This document shows positions 35,231-47,025 of a stretch of DNA of 64,000 nucleotides, piece after piece. Origin of the DNA: Chiloscyllium plagiosum (Eukaryota); contig NC_057749.1 of the NCBI RefSeq assembly GCF_004010195.1, forward strand, positions 15,796,549-15,860,548. The letters are read 5' to 3'. Positions within the stretch are counted from its first letter, which is position 1, and each line of letters starts with the position of its first letter. The notes under the pieces are model-generated. The model was not told where the DNA came from. It made no database searches and saw only the letters and a list, made by a program, of their open reading frames with translations. Both the position numbers and the translations under genes were made by a program.

Positions 35231-35438
35231 AGATTAGAGTGATGCTGGAAAAGCACAGCAGGTCAGGCAGCATCCGAGGAGCAGGAAAATCGATGTTTCG
35301 GGCAAAAACCCTTCATCAGACGTTTGCCCGGAATGTCAATTTTCCTGCTCCTCGGATGCTGACTGACCTGCTGTGCTTTTCCAGCACCACTCTAATCTAG
35401 ATTCTGATCTCCAGCATCTGCATTCCTCACTTTCGCCA
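35231..35438. mobile_element. Palindromic Penelope-like insertion; minus copy keeps CTGATGA..GAAA
   Basis: ~76-bp inverted arms 35231-35306 and 35323-35398. Confidence 0.85.
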
Positions 35439-35489
35439 TATTGGGAGATCCGTTGTGTATCAGTCAGGAACGCTGTCACCTTGGGACCA

Positions 35490-36028
35490 CCAGGTTTTGA
35501 GCTCACATCTCACTGCAGGACAGCAAACCAGACTGAGTCTCCCAGAGTAGTACAGAGAGAGTGCTGCACAGTCAGAGGTGCCACCTTTTCAGTTGAGGTG
35601 AAAAACCTGGGTCCCATATGGCCTCATGGGGGTGGGTTAAAAGATCCCACAATGCTGGTTTGGAAAGCAGCACCCATACCCCTACATTTACCCCCTACCT
35701 AACACTATGGGCAATTTAGCATGGCCAATTCACCTGACCTGCACATTCTTGGACTGTATGGCCTCATGGGGGTGGGTTAAAAGATCCCACAATGCTGGTT
35801 TGGAAAGCAGAGCAATTCTCTCCAGTGTCCTGTTCAATAATTACCCTCAAACAACATCACAGACAAACTGGTTTTGCCCATTATTACTTCACAGCTTGTG
35901 GGAACTTGCAGTGTGCAAATTGGGTGCTGTATTTCTTATGTTATAACATTGACTACACTTAAAAATTACTTAATTGATTGAGAATTGCTTTGAGACATTT
36001 TATGGTGCTATAGCAATGCACATCTTAC
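35490..36028 (+). mobile_element. Deu-domain SINE, interrupted by an HE1 fragment flanked by a 54-bp duplication
   Basis: GAGTGCTGCACAGTCAGAGGTGCCACCTTTTCAGTTGAG core; tail GGTGCTATAGCAATGCA. Confidence 0.7.
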
Positions 36029-36139
36029 TCCTGAAGTTCTTTGTGCTGTTAGCCCCTCAGTAAAAGCAGTTTAATGGGACATCGATTTGTGCAAAATTGT
36101 GTACACAGCATGACCTTTGTGCTAGGGAACATAAAACCA

Positions 36140-36270
36140 ATCGAGCTCTGATGAAGAATAACCTGGACTCATAACATTAGCTTGCATCCACGGAGAGAAA
36201 GCTGCCTGACCCGCTGTGATCTCTAGCATGTTGTTGTTTTCAGTACAGATTCCTGCAGTAATTTGCTTCT
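36140..36270 (+). mobile_element. Penelope-like short element with a degenerate hammerhead
   Basis: AGCT-CTGATGA(36148)..GACTC-ATAACATT-AGCT; TSD ATAAAACCA at 36131-36139 and 36271-36279. Confidence 0.7.
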
Positions 36271-36327
36271 ATAAAACCAGTCCCTTTGCTTTACACAGAC
36301 TCCCTGGATCATGCTCAATTGCTGACT

Positions 36328-36347
36328 CGGCCACCAGGTGGAGCACT
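36328..36347 (+). promoter_or_regulatory. CTCF motif (candidate)
   Basis: CGGCCACCAGGTGGAGCACT closely matches the CTCF core CCASYAGRKGGCRS. Confidence 0.5.
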
Positions 36348-36837
36348 GTTAGAACTCTCATTAGTCTAATTTTTACAAAGAATTGTTAATTTATACTGTT
36401 TGTTTTGCAGGAGGCTACTGTCAGTCATTGACCTGGCTTCAGCAATCATCGCTTTATCTCAGCTCTGAGCCTGCTGGCAGTCTCTCACTCTCTCTGTCTC
36501 TCATATACACTTTCTCTTTCAATTTTATTTTGTGTCCTCCTGTCTCTCACTTTCTGTTTCTCATGCCTCCTATCGTTCATTTTCTGCCTGTACACTTTCT
36601 GCCTGTACATTTTCTCTGTCTGTCACCTGCACTCTTGGTCTCAGTCTCTCTCCTCAAATTCTCTCTCTCACACTCATACATACATACTGTCTGTGTATCT
36701 TTCACATCTCTTTGTCCACCCTATTATCATATTTTTATATTCCCCTCTCCCTCAGACTCTTGTCAAGCTTCCTTTTCAGTGAATCACTGCCATTTACCCT
36801 GATCGCGCCAGAGCCTCAGTATAATGACAAACTTAGA

Positions 36838-37042
36838 ATTAGAATCCCTGCAGCAGGTCGACACCAACCCACTGGAGAGCAACTTGGCCAGACTCATTCC
36901 TCTATTACTCTACATTTCCCCTGGCTAATGCACCTAACCTACACGTCCCTGAATACTATGGGGAATTTAGCGTGGTCAATCCACCTAACCTGCACGTCTT
37001 TGCACTGCGAGAGGAAACCAGAGCACCCGGAGGAAACCCACT
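36838..37042 (-). mobile_element. 5'-truncated HE1-type SINE
   Basis: TTAGAATCCC tail; GCACCCGGAGGAAACCCAC. Confidence 0.85.
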
Positions 37043-37087
37043 CAAACAAGTAAACTCAAAGGTTGACATTTATGGCACTTCCATATT

Positions 37088-37362
37088 TCCCTGAGTATTG
37101 ACACTCCAACAGTGCAACACCCCTTCTGTACTGACACTCTGACAATGGAGAGTTCCTTCAGTATTGACCCTCTAACATTGCTGCATCCCTCTGCATTAAT
37201 GCTCTGACAGTGCATTATTCCCTCAGCACTGACCCTCCGACAGTGTGGTGCTCCCTCAGCCCTGACCCTCCGACAGTGTGGCGCTCCCTCAGTACTGACC
37301 CCCCGACAGTGCAGCACTCCCTCAGCACTGACCCTCTGACAGTGCGGCACTCCCTCAGCACT
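37088..37362 (-). repeat. 33-bp minisatellite (reverse orientation)
   Basis: CACTCCCTCAGCACTGACCCTCCGACAGTG units. Confidence 0.9.
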
Positions 37363-38097
37363 GTGCTGGAGTTGAGTCTGAATTGTCTGCTGAAATCTCT
37401 GGAGCAGGAATTGAGCTGTGTAAGGTCTGACTGGGAAGGACAAGATGCCCAGGGAGTCGGAGCTGTCACTAAGTTGCGATAAATGGTAGCAACTGCATTT
37501 AGTGACAAGGAATCAAAGCAAGGAGGAGCTTTGTTACTTTAAGAATCACTTCCTAAGGGAACTCTGCTTGAGAGACAGATCTGGAAAAGGTAGCAAGTGA
37601 ACTGGCTGTAGCTAAGGAGATGAGTCATTGCTGTTTTCAGAAGTTCCCAAAGCCAACGTGGTGTTAGTGGTGGCTAGTTAATTGTTTTGTTGATTTCACA
37701 AGGAGAAATTGTCACCATGGGATTTCTGTAAATAGCTGTGGTGGGGAACTGGCTTCGAGTTGATCAACTGTGTGGTTCCTATTTTAGGAATAAAGAGTTG
37801 TCTTCCCCACCAACCCTCCCCATCCCTCACTCTCTGTCCCTCTGTCTTTCTTTCATAATGTTGGTATCTTTAAATAACAGTGGGTTTAGCCATCTCCAGT
37901 TCTTAGCAAGTGAATCATCCGTGTCTGTGCAATTTAAGTGAAATCGCCACTGTTAGGGATATCATCTTTCTAACCGTGCTGGGATTTTGTTGGCTAAAAC
38001 ATGGGCCCCCACTTGTTTCTGGCTCAGTGGGTCACTCACTTCACTTCCCTCAGTTAGAAGGACTTGGTTTCAAAAGCCCACTCCAGTGGGGATTAAG

Positions 38098-38600
38098 ACC
38101 AGAAGACCATAAGACATAGGAGCAGAAGCAGGCCATTCAGCCCATCGAGTCTCCTTCACCATTCGAAAAGATCAGGCTGATCTGATCATCCTCAACTCCA
38201 CTTTCCTGCTTTTCTCCCCAGAACACCTGATTCCCTTCCTGATCAAAAATCTATCTCAGCCTCGAACGTACCGAGTGACCCAGGCTCTGCAGTGATTCAC
38301 TGCTCTCTAAGAGAAGAAATTCTTCCTCATCTCGGTCTTAAATGGGTTCCCCCTTATTCTGAGATGATCGCCCTCTGGTCCTAGATTCTCCCACCTCTAC
38401 CCTGTCATGTCCCCCAAGAATTGTACATGCTTCCATAAGATTATCTTTCATTTTTCTAAACTCTAGAGGGTGAATGCCCATCCTGCTCACCCTCCCCCTT
38501 CATAAGTAAATCCCTCTATACCCACAATAAGCTGAGTGAACCTTCTCTGGATTCTTCCAACCTCACTCTATCTTTCCTCAGATTAGAGGCCCAAGGGTGT
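38098..38600 (-). mobile_element. Decayed CR1 3' fragment
   Basis: GACCATAAGACATAGGAGCAGAAGCAGGCCATTCAGCCCATCGAG tail. Confidence 0.8.
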
Positions 38601-39726
38601 TACTTTGGCAGTTTTCCCATCTCTGGGACTTTTCCAGAATTTCAGAATCCTGGAAGATTACTCCCAATGCATCCATTATCTCTGTAGCTACTTCCTTTTA
38701 ATGGGCTTTACTGCCACTGGGTTGATGGCTGCGGACAGGGTGGATAAAGATGTTCCAGTTGCTAATGTGTCTATTGACCATGGAGCGGATGTGATGGTGA
38801 TATCTGTCTTTCTCACCAGCTGTAGAGCACCATTTAGTGTCTTTGGAAAGTAATGTTCAGTAATCATTCAAAAAAAACACACCTCACCGGGGAAAGAGTT
38901 GGGGAGCGGGACTAACTGAGTCACCCTTGTGAAGTTGATGGGCCAAATGGCCCCCTATTACACTGTGGACATTCTGTAGGGTTATGTCAATACCAATGTC
39001 GTTCAGGAAAATCCAGTGATAAAGTCGTAATGTGTCAGTAACTCCACTTCTGCATCAACTCTAATCTCCCAAATGAATAAATTATTGCAAAATATCGATG
39101 AGCGATACAGGAGTTGGCTGCAGTGAATCAGTGAAGCCCTGGTGGTAAAGAGCTCCACTCAGATTGATTCACTGGCTCAGTCTGACAGCTCCTTGGACAA
39201 GAGCCAGGAGTCTGCAGGACTCACCACTGCAGAGATGAAGAAGGGAAAGTAAAACCGAGAGAGCTATCTGGGGGAAGAGGACAGGGTTTGTGATTGTCAT
39301 TCAAGCACAATACGTTTCAGGGAGGTCTGGTAGAGGGGTGCACAAGGAAATAGGGCGTTGGTAGCATAAATACAGGTTAAGTTAGTGCAGTGTGGAGAGA
39401 CTGGGTGAGTTCAGACATGGAATCCCCTCCACCCCTGAAAACCATCTCATCAATTATCTGTCCACTTCTTGTTGAACCCACTGTGTTTTCCCAGGCTTTT
39501 CTGTCTCCGATCTAGCTCCAGGACATTGCACCTCAGTGAATCACAGAATGGTCTGGCTGTGCCACATTTCCTCCTTGGGGTAATGAGAGTTGAAGCAATT
39601 CCCTGTGTGTGGAAATCAATAATGGAATGCAAATGTGTTTTGCTTCATACCTTGCGTGACTGTATTTCATTAATGAACGATGGGTCTTTTTCTCCAGAAT
39701 TAAGGCAGTGCCTATCTCAGATCTGA

Positions 39727-39960
39727 CTCTGTGTGTCTCTGTGTGTGACTGTGTCTGTGGTGTATGTGTGTGTGTGGCGGGGGGGGGGAGGTGTGAGTGA
39801 GTGTCTGTGTCTGTGTCAGTGTGTGTATGTGTGTGTGGTGTGTGACTGTGTCTGTGGGGTGTGAGTGAGTGTCTGTGTCAGTGTGTGTATGTGTGTGTGT
39901 CTCTGTGTGTAGGTGTGTGTCTGGGGTGTGAGTGAGTGTCTGTATGTCTATGTCTGTGTA
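39727..39960. repeat. Complex (TG/TCTG)n microsatellite
   Basis: Direct reading. Confidence 0.9.
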
Positions 39961-40240
39961 GCCCCTCACCTCAGCCCACACAGTGCAGAAGATGGAGGCT
40001 GTCTCTGTGGAAGCAGGGCATCACAGATTGGGCCATATCCTGGCTCCTCCCCTAACCCCTCACTGCTGTGATTTCTCATTAACACTCCCTGCTTCTTGCA
40101 TATTCAGAATGTTCCGGATTCAATTGCCCACTCTGTTAGATAATCTGAGCTTGCTTCACCAAACGGTTGGCATGTTAATTGACTGCTGTGTGATGCCTGG
40201 TTAGGATGGTTACCACCTCTGGTTAGGGCAGTTGCTACCT

Positions 40241-40547
40241 GATTAGATTACTTACAGTGTGGAAACACGCCCTTTGGCCCAACAAGTCCACACCGACCCG
40301 CCGAAGCGCAACCCACCCAGACCCATTCCCCTACATTTACCCCTTCACCTAACACTACCGGTAATTTAGCATGGCCAATTCACCTAACCTGCACATTTTT
40401 GGACAGTGGGAGGAAACCGGAGCACCCGGAGGAAACCCACGCAGACACGGGGAGAATGTGCAAACTCCACACAGCCTGAGGTAGGAATTGAACCTGGGTC
40501 TCTGGCGCTGTGAGGCAGCAATGCTAACCATTCTGCCACCGTGCCAC
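40241..40547 (-). mobile_element. HE1-type SINE inserted in a degenerate 22-bp tandem array (40199-40668)
   Basis: Full HE1; flanks carry GGTTAGGGTAGTTATCACCTCT-like units. Confidence 0.9.
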
Positions 40548-40744
40548 CCACTTTTTAAAAGCGCAGGATCATCCAGGATTATGGTAGTTATCACCTCTGG
40601 TTTGGGTAATGATCATCTCTAGTTAGGGAATGTTATTGCCCTTGGTTAGGGTAGTTTTCACTACTGGTCACCAACACCGACTGCTGTATGAGAGCGCGGA
40701 GTGAGGGTGTGACAGATTCTGATTTGTTGTCTTCTTTCTTCATT

Positions 40745-41522
40745 TAAAAAATATACTTTATTCATAAAGTTATTTTTACATACATACATAGTCCCTAAAG
40801 GACAATAGCACATAAAGAAACAAACAAACATTGGAATTTGACTCTATTCAGCAAATAAGCCTATTTGTCCAAGACTACATTTACCCCTCTGTGAGGCACT
40901 AGGAGGGTCTGGTAACTGAATGTACTCCCACTTAACTTCAGGAAGACCTCAGACAGTGGCCTTTCCCCACTGAGCCTTGGTGGCAGCTGTCCCAAGCTTT
41001 AGTGTGTGCCTCAGCATGTAGTCCTGGACCATGGAATGTGCCAGTCTGGAACACTTGATCAACTCCTCGCTCTGGGAGATCAACAAGTTTCAGGCAGACC
41101 ATGAGCGTCATTCACAGAGTTGATGGTCCTCCAGGCACAGTCGACGTTTGTCTCGGTGTGTGTCTCGGGGAAACAGACAGCACAGAGCCCTGTGTCACGG
41201 AGCTGCTCGGGATGAGCCTCGACAGAAATAGCTGCATCTTCCTCCAGATTTCCTTTGCAAAGCCACATTCTAGAAAGAGACATGTGACAGTCTCACTCCT
41301 TTCGCAGCTGCTTCAAGAGCAGCTTGTGGTGGCGCAGCCCGACCAAGGGTACATGAAGGATCTGATGGCTAGTGCTCTTACCAAGGGTACATGAAGGATC
41401 TGATGGCTAGTGCTCTTCTCATCACCAGCCAAGCCATGTCTTGGTGTTTGTTGGAAAGATCTGGTGATGAGGTAATCTGCCAAATGACTGACAGTCTGCT
41501 TCGGGAACAACCCGCCAGAATC
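40745..41522 (-). mobile_element. Tx1/L1-clade LINE 3' end (Cys-rich C-terminus, 3'UTR) with a 38-bp tandem duplication
   Basis: QDMAWLVMRRALAIRSFM..ETVTCLFLECGFAKEIWRKMQ..CAWRTINSV; AATAAA (minus) near 40757; 41342-41379 repeated at 41380-41417. Confidence 0.8.
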
Positions 41523-42732
41523 CACCCTCTCCCTTTCCCACAGGGTCTCAAGGAGGCTACCTGTTGACCACTCCCTGATGGACTTGTGGTCAAAGGTGTT
41601 TCTCTTTGCAAGTTTCTCCCTGAAGGACAGATGATACGGAATAGTTCAACGGTGCACCTTTTATATGTCAATAACAATGTAACAATGAATTTTCATACCC
41701 CAGTCTCTCACCAACAGGTATATGATGTTGAGCAGAGAATCTCTTTCTGTGAGTCTGTTTGAGGGATAAATACTGTCCAAGCCAGCACCAATAACACAGA
41801 TCACTGATAGCTCTTGCCTTGATGGTGCCGTGGGATCATTGATGATATGTTGAGTGCCTCGGTTTACGGTCTGGGCTGAAGTCCCAGCAGCATTCCCTCT
41901 GTCCTGCGGGCATGCCCCTGGAGTAGCACTTGGATCTTCTGATTGAGTGAAGAGAGTGTGACCCTCCCTGAGTCCAGGAACCAGTCAAGACACACAGACT
42001 GGGAGCGGTACCTGGTGACTGGAACTGCTCAACATCTGAGCCACTGTCATCAGTAACCCCCTTTGCCCGGCCATCATGCGCACCTCTCGCTGTCACAATG
42101 CCCAACTGTTGTACAGTCAGACAATCCCAAATACACAATGCCTGGGCGATAACAGCACAGGGAGAGCAAGGGTCTGGAGAGCAAACACCCCCCCCCCCCC
42201 CCCGCCCCTCCATCCCCCAAACCTCCAACCCCTCAGAACTTCAAATCTTCTGGTCAATGATGGGATTCATCTCAATGTTGCTAAGGGGGTTTTCTTTAGT
42301 GAACTTTAACCTGGTCCTCAGGATATTACACAGGGGGCTGTTTACAAAGAGGGAAGTTTCAGATGTACAAGTGGTGGGTTGGAGGTGTATAAAATGATCA
42401 GCAGAGAGGGGCCTATTATAATACAAAGGACAGCGCGGACGGAGGGTATGAGAAGGTGGGGCCCATTGTAGAGTTAGGAGGAAACTGAAATTGGAAGATT
42501 GTTTTTCAGAGGGAGTGGATTAAGCAGTTAGTGGGAATCGCTGATGGGAAATGCACCTTTGACCAATCATTGGGAGGCTTCAAAGGCCAACCTCTGACCT
42601 CTGGAGCACACAAAATGATGATCTCACACACACACACACACAATGGGCCAATGGTGAATCACATAAAACATATCAGCTACAAATCTCCCAACATTGGCAT
42701 GGGTTCCTACAGAGCATTTACACCAAGATAAT

Positions 42733-42999
42733 GGCAACACGGTGGCTCAGTGGTTAGCACTGCTGCCTCACAGCACTGGCGACTGTCTGTGTGGAGTTTG
42801 CACATTCTCCCCGTGTCTGCGTGGGTTTCCTCCGGTTTCCTCCCACAATCCAAAGATGTGCAGTTTAGATGGGATTGGATATGGGAAATGCAGGGTTACA
42901 GGAATAAAGTATGGGGTGGGTCTGGATGGGATGCTCTTCAGTGGGACGGGGTGCATTCGATGGGCCGAATGGCCTGCTTCCATACTGTAGGGATTCTAT
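42733..42999 (+). mobile_element. HE1-type SINE
   Basis: CACGGTGGCTCAGTGGTTAGCACTGCTGCC head; GGGATTCTAT tail. Confidence 0.9.
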
Positions 43000-43184
43000 T
43001 TGATAACAAGCCATGAACAGAGCTAGTTACAAAGAAATTATCCAGAGAGACAACAAAATAAGTTCATCAAAAGAAATAAATAAGATCAGCAACTGCTAAT
43101 CAGTTCATCATTGAGGCTGAAGGATATCAATGTTGGAAGTTGGAGCATTTTCTGTCAATGTACCTTAGTGCTCACTGAGTGAGG

Positions 43185-43350
43185 TATAACACTGGGTTAG
43201 ATACAAGATAAAGCTCTCTCTATTATTAAACTGAAAATAAAACTTCTTCAACACTGTCCCCGTCAAACACTCCCAGGACAGAGACACCACGGGGTACGAT
43301 ACAGAATAAAGCTCTCTCTACACTGCCCCCCATCAAACACTCGCAGGGAC
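43185..43350 (+). repeat. Degenerate copies of the 70-bp satellite unit
   Basis: GGGTTAGATACAAGATAAAGCTCTCTCT; ACACTGTCCCCGTCAAACACTCCCAGGACAG. Confidence 0.8.
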
Positions 43351-43662
43351 ATCCTGGGGTTCTCAAAGGTGCTATATAAGTGTAGGTCTTCAATAATCTG
43401 ACCTAGTAAATTGATTTAATAAAATTCTGTTTTTTTAAATCATCCTTTATTTGTTCTCTTATTAATCTGATTTGCAACTGTTTGAACTTATTTTCATTAA
43501 AGTATTTCCTTCTGGTGAGGTTGAGGATGGTGGGAGTGCACAGGTAGGGGACTAAAGAAATGGATTCTGAAAGAAAACTGAGGAAAGGTTGTAGAGAGAG
43601 ACAGAGGAGAGTTCAGATTGGGAGAGAGAGACAGAGAGAGCAGAAATGTGACAGGCTCCTCA

Positions 43663-45618
43663 GCGAGGCAAATGTGAGGACGAGGGTGAGAGATTCAGAC
43701 CCAATACCCCGGGGTGGATTGCTGGCTGAGACAGACGAAGATCAGCCTGTGAGTTCAGAAAACATTCCGTACACTGGGCAGCGAGCCAGGAGCAGAAAAT
43801 GGCAGCAGGTCTATTTGAGCTGAGTCACAGTGAGACAGAGGCAGAGGGTGAGCGGTGCCCTAACTGGCAGTCAGAGAAATGACAGACTTGCTCATCATAT
43901 CTCACTATTCTGTTAGACAGCCGACGGGAAAGGGTCTCTCCTTGCTGAGTAATTGCTAAATGAGCTGCTTTCTTTTGGTTTAAAGAAGATGATTTTTTTC
44001 TTCGTCACTGACAAAGTTAATCATTGTTGTCAATCCCTAGTTTACAGAATCAGGCAGCCACCCCACTGAATTACACCCTAGGGGAGGCATGGTGGCTCAG
44101 GGGTTAGCACTGCTGCCTCACAGCGCCAGGGACCCGGGTTCGATTCCAGCCTCGGGTGACTCTCTGTGTGCAGTTTGTACATTCTCCCCGTGTCTGCATG
44201 GGTTTCCTCCCACAGTCCAAAGATATACAGGTTAGGGTGGACTGGCCATGGGAAATTGTCTACAATGTCCAGAGATGTGCAGGTTAGGGTGGATTGGCCA
44301 TGGGATATGCAGGCTTATGGGGGGGGGTCAGGGCTGGGATGCCTCTCACACAGTCAATGTGGACTCGATGGGCTGAATGGCCTGCTTCTGCTCTGTAGGA
44401 ATTCTACCAATCAGTTGTAGACTGAGCCGTCCTTCCCCATTGCTTGGGGATGGTCCTGGTTCTCCATCCCTCACTCTATCAGAGGCACAGCTTCACAAGG
44501 TGGGCTGCACCTGTCAGCTTCCACTTTACTTCCTGGCTAAAGATGATCATAAAATACAAAACCTTTACAAGTCTCTGCTTTGGGCCGCAGCTGAAGAATG
44601 ATGTTCACATCCTGGACATTGCACTGAAGACCACAGAGTGACAGCATAGGAGATGCTGGGCATGCTGCCAGGAGTGAGGGGTTGGAGGTGCGTGAAAAGT
44701 CTAAGGGTATTCCCTGTCACATGAAAAAAAGACAATGGGAGAAGCTGTGTCCTCAGGGAATAAGCAGAGTTTATAGATTTTAACTGATGAGCAAAGGACA
44801 ACAAGGGGCAATGTGAAGAACTCTTATTCACAAAGAGGGTTGTTAAGATCCAAAACACACCATCGAGAAGGGCAGCAGAACACCACCCCCTGCGAGTTCC
44901 CCTCCAAGCCCCTCATCATCCTGACTTGGAAATATATCACAGTTCCTTCACTGTCACTGGGTCAGAATCCTGGAATTCCCTCCCTAAGGGCATTGTGGGT
45001 GAACTCACAGCACACGGACTGTAGCAGCAGCTCACACTCACCTTCTCAAGGGCAATAAATGCTGGCTGGGTCAGTAACACCCACATCCAATGAATGAATG
45101 AAAATAGGATGGAATCAGCTGAGCAACTTGCAATAACAATTAAATCGATACTTGAAGAGGAATAATGTACTGTATAAGGATCTGGCCAGAAAGCAGACCT
45201 GTCCAACTGAAACAGCTCTTATAATGAGCTGACATGGGGATCAATGGGCCAAATGGACTCCTCTGCAGCATATGATTCTATAAACTAGGGATTGACAATA
45301 AGTGTCAGTGACAAAGAGAAAATCGTATTCTTTTAAAAAGCAGCCTATTTATGAACTAAGCTGCAGAAGGATTCTTACCCAGGCAGTGTGCTTACTAACA
45401 GAATAGTGAGATATAACGAGCAAGTTTGTCCTTTCTCTGACTGCCAGTTAGGGCACCACTCACCCTCTGCCTCTGTCTCACTGTGACTCAGCTCAAATAG
45501 ACCTGCTGCCATTTTCTGCTCCTGGCTCGCTGCCCAGTGTACAGAATGTTTTCTGAACTCCCAGACGCCTGGGGTAGTGGGTCTGAATCTCTCACCCTCG
45601 TCCTCACATTCACCTCGC
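43663..45618. repeat. Long inverted repeat 2 (arms 43663-44052 and 45273-45618)
   Basis: 166-bp core 43751-43916 vs 45395-45560 with about 6 mismatches by eye; more diverged extensions; spacer 1.22 kb. Confidence 0.93.
44082..44406 (+). mobile_element. HE1-type SINE
   Basis: GGCATGGTGGCTCAGGGGTTAGC..GGTTCGATTCC head. Confidence 0.9.
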
Positions 45619-46504
45619 AGCAGCCCTTCCCACATCTCCCCCCTCCCCAACCTCACTTCCTTTGATCTTCAACATGTTGGAGAGGGACTTCCAGGGGATG
45701 GAGGCAGTGTTGGGCAGTGTATATGCTGTAGGCCCAGGGCCTCTAGGAATGAGGAGAGTCTAACCCCAGCTCAGGCAGCCTCACCATTATGGAGCCTCAA
45801 CCAATCCTGAGCCCTCGACCTGGATTAGCTTCTTATCTTCTAAGTTTTAACATCTTTTTTAGAATCTTGCACCTTTTCTAACAGCCAACAATAATTTTTC
45901 TTATCTCCGTCACACAGCCTCTCCTGTTGTGATGTTTTGTTCTGGGAAAGTAGGTGATTTTTTTTAATCTCTTAAAATATTTGCATTGTATCCAGATTTA
46001 GCTGCAGCGCTGGGTTTGATTGATTGATTGGGGACAGCTTCAGCATCTGGATCAGGAGCAGTCCCCAATCCTCATTACTGTTCACTGCAGCAGAATTGTA
46101 CATTGTGAGACAAGGAGAGATTAGGTACTCTGCGTCAACCCCAAACTGATTGGGGAGATATTAGAGAAAAAGCAACTCAGTCCTTCCATTAGATTACAGC
46201 TCCACCCCTCTTATATATTTTTCTCTCTCACATTCTCCATCTGTATCTCTCATTCCCAATCTCTCTCATCATTTCCTTCCCAGCTGCCTTAGCAGAAACA
46301 GAAATAGCTTGAGATATGCAGCAGGTCTGGCAGCATCCGGGCAGAGAGAGTTAATGATCCTGGTCCAGTGAGCATTCTGCAGCACTGCTTCTTCCTGTGG
46401 GTTTATCTCCTGACTTTCCTCTGGGATTCTGTCTGTACTCTGCATTTGTCTCTAATCTGTGGCTAACCCCACACAGGGCACAAAATCTAGGCTGATGCTC
46501 CCTT

Positions 46505-47025
46505 GTAGTACTGAGGGAGTGCCATATTGTCAAAGGGTCAGTGCTGAGGGAGTGCCACACTGTCGGAGGGTCAGTGCTGAGGGAGCGCTGCACTGTCAGA
46601 GTCAGTGTTGAGGGAGTGCTACACTGTCAGAGGGTCAGTGCTGAGGGAACGGGCACTGTCGGAGGGTCATATGAGGGAGTGCTGCACTGTCATAGGGTCA
46701 GTGCTGAGGGAGTGCCACACTGTCGGAGGGTCAGTACTGAGGGAACGGGCACTGTTGGAGGATCATATGAGGGAGTGCTGCACTGTCAGAGGGTCAGTGC
46801 TGAGGGAGTGCCGCACTGTCGGAGGGTCAGTATTGAGGGAACGGGCACTGTCGGAGGGTCATATGAGGGAGTGCTGCACTGTCAGGGTGTCAGTGCTGAG
46901 AAAGTGCCACACTGTTGGAGGGTCAGTGCTGAGAAAGTGCCACACTGTTGGAGGGTCAGTGCTGAGGGAACGCCACACTGTTGGAGGGTCAGTGCTGAGG
47001 CAGTGCTGCACTGTCAGAGGGTCAG
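46505..47025 (+). repeat. 33-bp minisatellite with higher-order variant units, within a Deu-SINE remnant
   Basis: AAAATCTAGGCTGATGCTCCCTTGTAGTACTGAGGGAGTG runs directly into the array; ~16 units. Confidence 0.93.
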
